Shown: piece after piece, positions 58,989 to 64,000 of the stretch | How the letters are laid out: every line of letters begins with the position of its first letter | How positions within the stretch are numbered: the stretch's first letter is position 1 | NCBI GenBank assembly: GCA_963667845.2 | Contig: CAXXVL010000002.1 | Location: 288,001 to 352,000, forward strand | Direction of reading: 5' to 3' | DNA from: Smithellaceae bacterium | Lineage (GTDB): Bacteria > Desulfobacterota > Syntrophia > Syntrophales > Smithellaceae | Length of the DNA: 64,000 bases | Notes under the pieces: model-generated | The model's database searches: none | Seen by the model: the letters and a program-made list of their open reading frames with translations, nothing else | Told to the model about the DNA's origin: nothing | Made by a program: the position numbers and the translations under genes

Positions 58989-61847
58989 ATGGATTTGATC
59001 AGAATCAAGGGCGCGTCCCAACATAATCTCAAACACGTCAGTCTGGATATTCCCCGCGATCAGCTGGTGGTTATCACCGGCGTCTCCGGTTCCGGAAAAT
59101 CGTCTCTGGCGTTTGACACGATCTATGCAGAAGGTCAGCGCCGCTATGTTGAATCGCTCTCGACATACGCACGCCAGTTTATCGGGCAGATGGACAAGCC
59201 GGATGTAGAATCGATTGAGGGTCTCTCCCCCGCGATTGCGATCGAGCAGCGCGCAGCCAGTCACAATCCTCGTTCCACCGTGGGCACCGTCACGGAAATT
59301 TACGACTACTTCCGCCTGCTGTTCGCCGGAATCGGCGTTTGCCACTGCTACAACTGCGGACGTGAAATAAAGTCGCAGACCATCGACAGCATTGTCGCCG
59401 GGATTTTGGCGCTGCCCGAGAGCACTCGCTTCAGCGTCCTGGCACCGCTGGTCCGCGGGAAAAAAGGCGAGTTTGCCAAGGAGCTCAGGAAACTGCAGAA
59501 GGAAGGCTTTGCCCGCGTCCGGATCGACGGCACAATCCACGATCTGGCCGAAGACATCGTGCTCGCCAAAACCAAGCGCCATGACATCGATCTGATTGTC
59601 GACCGCCTGGTGCTGAAAGAAGGCGTGCGCAGGCGGCTGCGTGACTCCGTGGAAATTGCCGCGGGCAAAAGCGACGGACTCGTCAGAATCGTTACCGCCG
59701 ACGGCTGCGAAACGCTGTACTCCGAAAAATACGCATGCCCTGATTGCGGCATCAGCATGGCCACGCTCGCGCCGCGTGTTTTTTCCTTCAACAACCCCTA
59801 CGGCGCCTGCCCGACATGCAACGGTCTGGGATCGCGCATGCACTTCGCACTGGATCTGGTCGTGCCTGATGCAGGCCTGTCCCTGCGCGAAGGCGCTATC
59901 GCTCCCTGGGCCGGACGCAACTCGATGTATTACTATAACATGCTCGATGCGCTGTCGGGGCACTACAAGTTCGACATCAATATGCCGTTTAATCAGCTGC
60001 CGGAAAAAATTCAGAATGTTCTTCTTTACGGATCTGGCGCGGAAACGATTAAATTCTATCACGACCGCGCGGACAAGCGCTTGTTCGCTTACCGTACCTT
60101 CGAAGGCGTCATCAAACAACTCGAACGGCGCTGGCGGGAAACCACATCCACCTCGATCCGCAACGATCTGGCGCGCTACATAGATTTGCGTCCCTGCGAG
60201 ACGTGCCAGGGCGCTCGTTTGAAAAAAGAAAGTCTCGCCGTGACGGTGGGTGGAAAAAATATTTACGAACTGTGCCTGCTATCCATTCGCGAGTGTTTCC
60301 ACTTTTTTGCAACGCTCAACCTGCAGGCGCAGGAGATGTTGATTGCCGAACGCATCCTGAAAGAGGTCAAAAACCGGCTTTCGTTCTTACTGAACGTGGG
60401 GATGGATTACCTGAATCTGGCGCGGTCGACGTCCACTCTGTCCGGAGGCGAGTCTCAGCGCATCCGACTCGCCACGCAAATCGGCTCCGGCCTGATGGGT
60501 GTTCTATACGTGCTCGATGAACCGACCGTCGGCCTGCACCAGAAGGACAATTTGCGGCTGATCGAAACCCTCAAGACGCTCCGGGACATGGGCAACAGCG
60601 TGCTGGTGGTGGAGCATGACGCGGATATGATGCTCGCCTGTGATCACATTGTGGACATGGGACCCGGCGCCGGCGAACAGGGCGGCGAGGTAATTTTCCA
60701 GGGCACGCCGGCCGAGATCCTGCAAAGCGAGACATCCCTCACCGGCAAATATTTATCGGGCAAGGAATCCATTGCGCCGCCGGCCCACCTGCGATCCGGC
60801 ACCGGCCGCTATATTTTTCTGGAAGGCGCTTCGCAAAATAATCTCAAAGATATTGACATCAAAATCCCGACGGGTGTTTTGACGGCGGTAACCGGCGTAT
60901 CCGGTTCCGGAAAAAGCACGATGGTAATTGAGACCCTGTATAAAGTCATGGCGCGCCGTTTGAATCAGCAGAGCGGTTCGATGGGAAAAATCAAGCGGGT
61001 CCGCGATATGGGAGACATCGAGCGGGTGATCATGATCAATCAACAGCCGATCGGACGGACGCCCCGCTCCAACCCCGTCACCTACACCGGCATCTTTTCC
61101 TTTATCCGGGATCTGTTCACCGGGCTGCCGGAAGCCCGCATGCGAGGCTACAAACCGGGACGGTTCAGTTTTAATGTCAAGGGAGGGCGGTGCGAGGCCT
61201 GCGAGGGCAACGGCCTCATCAAGATTGAAATGCATTTCCTGCCGGACGTCTATGTCACCTGCGACGTCTGCCGCGGTAAGCGGTTCAACGCGGATACGCT
61301 GGATATTAAATACAAGGATCACAGCATCGCCGACGTCCTGGATTTGACCGTCCATCAGGGGCTGGACTTTTTCGCCAACATCCCGTCCATCCGGGCCCAT
61401 TTGCAGCTCCTTTCGGATGTGGGATTGGGCTATATCCGGCTGGGACAATCGGCCACAACGCTGTCCGGCGGCGAAGCGCAGCGCATCAAGCTGGCGCGGG
61501 AGCTGGGTAAACGGGTCAACAGCAATACACTTTACATTCTGGATGAACCGACTATCGGCCTGCATTTCGCGGACATCCAGCGGTTGCTGGACGTGCTGAT
61601 GCGTCTGGTAGACATGGGCAATACGATGGTGGTTATCGAACACAACCTGGATATCATCAAATCCGCCGATCACGTGATTGATCTGGGGCCCGAAGGCGGT
61701 CCTTCCGGCGGACAAATTATCGCGGCAGGCACGGTCGAGGACGTGGCGCAAAATGAACAGTCCTCCACCGGTTTCTTTTTGAGAAAAATTCTGGAGGACC
61801 GTAAGAACTCAGGCGCTCATAGAGCGGATGAGACGGGTCAAACCTGA
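58989..61847 (+). CDS. uvrA: Excinuclease ABC subunit A
   Basis: Two GVSGSGKS P-loops, zinc fingers, LSGGE(S/A)QRI, LDEPT. Confidence 0.98.
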   Translation: MDLIRIKGASQHNLKHVSLDIPRDQLVVITGVSGSGKSSLAFDTIYAEGQRRYVESLSTYARQFIGQMDKPDVESIEGLSPAIAIEQRAASHNPRSTVGTVTEIYDYFRLLFAGIGVCHCYNCGREIKSQTIDSIVAGILALPESTRFSVLAPLVRGKKGEFAKELRKLQKEGFARVRIDGTIHDLAEDIVLAKTKRHDIDLIVDRLVLKEGVRRRLRDSVEIAAGKSDGLVRIVTADGCETLYSEKYACPDCGISMATLAPRVFSFNNPYGACPTCNGLGSRMHFALDLVVPDAGLSLREGAIAPWAGRNSMYYYNMLDALSGHYKFDINMPFNQLPEKIQNVLLYGSGAETIKFYHDRADKRLFAYRTFEGVIKQLERRWRETTSTSIRNDLARYIDLRPCETCQGARLKKESLAVTVGGKNIYELCLLSIRECFHFFATLNLQAQEMLIAERILKEVKNRLSFLLNVGMDYLNLARSTSTLSGGESQRIRLATQIGSGLMGVLYVLDEPTVGLHQKDNLRLIETLKTLRDMGNSVLVVEHDADMMLACDHIVDMGPGAGEQGGEVIFQGTPAEILQSETSLTGKYLSGKESIAPPAHLRSGTGRYIFLEGASQNNLKDIDIKIPTGVLTAVTGVSGSGKSTMVIETLYKVMARRLNQQSGSMGKIKRVRDMGDIERVIMINQQPIGRTPRSNPVTYTGIFSFIRDLFTGLPEARMRGYKPGRFSFNVKGGRCEACEGNGLIKIEMHFLPDVYVTCDVCRGKRFNADTLDIKYKDHSIADVLDLTVHQGLDFFANIPSIRAHLQLLSDVGLGYIRLGQSATTLSGGEAQRIKLARELGKRVNSNTLYILDEPTIGLHFADIQRLLDVLMRLVDMGNTMVVIEHNLDIIKSADHVIDLGPEGGPSGGQIIAAGTVEDVAQNEQSSTGFFLRKILEDRKNSGAHRADETGQT

Positions 61848-61978
61848 GCGCTCTGATCGCATTTTCGGTATTTGTTCTTTTTTTCTTTTTTCGCATCTGT
61901 TATTCTTCAGATTATCTGACCGCGTGACGATATAGGAAGGAAAGGCAAAATCATTTTCGCTGCCCCGGACGCAAGCCT

Positions 61979-63118
61979 ATGAACCCACTGCCGTTGGCGC
62001 CATTGAAATACAGGCATTCCATCCTGCTCATCGATGATGAAGAGCGCATCCTCGACATCATGACGATGATGCTGGTGGATGAAGGCTATGACCTGCACAC
62101 GGCGGGCTCTGCCGAAGAAGGGCTTAAAATATTACAGGAATTCAGCAATTTTTCTCTGATCATCTCCGATCAGATGATGCCGGGCATGACGGGCGTGCAA
62201 TTCTTCACGCAGGCCCGGATAATCTGTCCCAACGCCCTGCGCGTCCTGCTGACCGGATATACCGACATGGAGGCGATCATCGACGCAATCAACAGCGGCG
62301 GGATTCATCTGTACCTCACCAAGCCGTGGCACAAAGATGATCTTCTTTATTCGATCAACCAGCTCTTGTCCAAAGCCGAGCTGCTCATTGAAAACCGCCG
62401 TCTGGATGAACTGGTCAAAAAACAAAATGCCGAATTATTGGGACTCAATAGAAATCTGGAAGAAAAAGTTCATCTCAAGACATTGCATCTCGACCAGCGT
62501 GCCGAGGAGCTTAAAATCAGTTATGAAAGAATCCAGCTCATTCTGGAAGGAACAGTCCTCGCTATGTCCAAGATCGTGGAGAGCCGCGATCCTTACACGG
62601 CGGGCCATGAACAACAGGTCGCCCGCATCGCCGACATCATCGCCCGGGGGATGTCCCTTCCTCATGATAAGGTAGAAGCCATTCGGATTGCCGGAACACT
62701 TCACGACATCGGTAAAATTGCCGTGCCTTCCGAGATTCTGACCAAACCCCGGACATTGAACCATCTGGAAATGGCGTTGGTCAAGACGCATTCTCAGAAT
62801 GCTTATGATATTCTGAAGACGATCCAATTTCCTTATCCGGTTGCCGAGATCATCCTGCAGCATCACGAAAGGATGGACGGTTCCGGATATCCGCAGGGCT
62901 TAAAAGGTCCGGATATCCTTCTGGAGGCGCGCATCGTCGGTATCGCCGACGTCCTGGAAGCCATGTCGGCGCACCGCCCTTACCGTCCCGCGCTCGGTTT
63001 TGAAGCCGCTATTGATGAAATCACCCAACAGCGCGGAACGCTTTACGACGCGGATGTTGTTGATGTCTGTCTCGGCATCTGTTGGGCCGACATTCAAAAG
63101 GAATTCCTGCCCGCATAG
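61979..63118 (+). CDS. Response regulator with HD-GYP phosphodiesterase domain
   Basis: IDDE, ISDQMMP receiver; RDPYTAGH, HDIGK, HHERMDGSGYP. Confidence 0.94.
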   Translation: MNPLPLAPLKYRHSILLIDDEERILDIMTMMLVDEGYDLHTAGSAEEGLKILQEFSNFSLIISDQMMPGMTGVQFFTQARIICPNALRVLLTGYTDMEAIIDAINSGGIHLYLTKPWHKDDLLYSINQLLSKAELLIENRRLDELVKKQNAELLGLNRNLEEKVHLKTLHLDQRAEELKISYERIQLILEGTVLAMSKIVESRDPYTAGHEQQVARIADIIARGMSLPHDKVEAIRIAGTLHDIGKIAVPSEILTKPRTLNHLEMALVKTHSQNAYDILKTIQFPYPVAEIILQHHERMDGSGYPQGLKGPDILLEARIVGIADVLEAMSAHRPYRPALGFEAAIDEITQQRGTLYDADVVDVCLGICWADIQKEFLPA

Positions 63119-63194
63119 ATCCATGCACTGACAAATTTTGAGGGGTTATATCCGGGGCATCGCACCAGCCGCTATGGGTCGGCTGATGGAAAAT

Positions 63195-63845
63195 CTATTT
63201 TTTCGGATACAGATCGTTTGCGGTGATATACTGACGCACAGGGTCCGGCGTAAGATAACGCACGGATTGCCCGGCTTTCACGCTCTGGCGAATCCGGGAC
63301 GAAGAGATGTCCAGAAAAGTGACGTCGCGGAAATGCAGCACACATCCGGCCGGTCCCCGATAGCCGTGAAGGATTTCATCATAGTTGAAACGGGATGCGT
63401 AATCTTCAGGGAAGATCCCCGCAAGCCCCCTGTTGTCGTACCCCGGCCGTGTGATCACGATGAAGTGGCAAAGCGACAACAGCTTTTCCCATTCATGCCA
63501 GGTCGTAATTGCATCAAAAGCGTCCTGACCGGTGATGAAGTATAATTCCAGATTTTTATCATGCGACGCTAAAAAATGACGGACCGTATCAATGGAATAG
63601 GATTTTCCTTCTCTTCGCGATTCCACGTCCGAAAAGGAAAAAGAATCATTGCCGGCAATGGCCAGACGCACCATCTGCAGACGATGTTCGAAGGGCGTAA
63701 TCAGATGCGCCGTCTTGTGCGGCGGAAAAGCGGCGGGAATAAATATCACACGATCCAGGTGAAGGACTGTGAGCAGCTCTTCCGCAGCGCGCAGATGACC
63801 GAAATGAATCGGGTCAAATGTTCCGCCGAAGAGCCCCCATTTCAT
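63195..63845 (-). CDS. nadD: Nicotinate-nucleotide adenylyltransferase
   Basis: [23 protein letters not shown]. Confidence 0.96.
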   Translation of the reverse strand: MKWGLFGGTFDPIHFGHLRAAEELLTVLHLDRVIFIPAAFPPHKTAHLITPFEHRLQMVRLAIAGNDSFSFSDVESRREGKSYSIDTVRHFLASHDKNLELYFITGQDAFDAITTWHEWEKLLSLCHFIVITRPGYDNRGLAGIFPEDYASRFNYDEILHGYRGPAGCVLHFRDVTFLDISSSRIRQSVKAGQSVRYLTPDPVRQYITANDLYPKK

Positions 63846-64000
63846 GTGCGAACCTGGCCGTCACCGTAGACGATAAACTTCGATGTGGTGAGTTCCTCAA
63901 GCCCCATCGGCCCGAACGCATGCAGCTTCGTGGTCGAAATGCCGATTTCCGCCCCCAGTCCCAGCTCGGCACCGTCACTGAAACGGGTCGAAGCGTTTAC
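63842..64000 (-). CDS. proA: Gamma-glutamyl phosphate reductase, C-terminal part
   Basis: [38 protein letters not shown]; stop overlaps nadD ATG. Confidence 0.95.
   Translation of the reverse strand, partial: VNASTRFSDGAELGLGAEIGISTTKLHAFGPMGLEELTTSKFIVYGDGQVRT

Noticed and set aside
58965..61751. Long minus-strand ORFs (384 and 332 aa)
   Set aside because: Antisense to uvrA; expected from codon bias in GC-rich genes

Overview
Chromosomal window whose gene content (selenoprotein SelD, mla operon, mfd-surA-uvrA, HD-GYP regulator, ADP-forming acyl-CoA ligase) suggests an anaerobic deltaproteobacterium, possibly Syntrophales-like (inference). Housekeeping blocks at about 1-20 kb and 49-64 kb flank an almost entirely minus-strand accessory region (about 20.3-49.2 kb) of exported proteins. 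The best candidate for an undescribed system is a complete putative RiPP cluster at 29444-35260: a 61-aa Cys-rich precursor with a WxKPEL leader, a PqqD/RRE protein, two radical SAM/SPASM enzymes, an S24/S26-like peptidase with Cys in place of the catalytic Ser, and an ABC exporter. It follows, co-directionally, a serpin and a divergent ecotin-like inhibitor that both show a predicted Thr-Lys P2-P1, near a PDZ-thioredoxin-WD40-caspase protein. Other points: five copies of a hairpin-rich MITE/REP-like repeat, an MlaF fused to a degenerate GGDEF domain, UGA-Sec in selD, and several lesions (internally deleted kinase, in-frame TAG, ACG start, orphan caspase 3' end). No rRNA, tRNA, CRISPR array or transposase was seen. 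All family calls come from motif recognition by eye; no database search was run.
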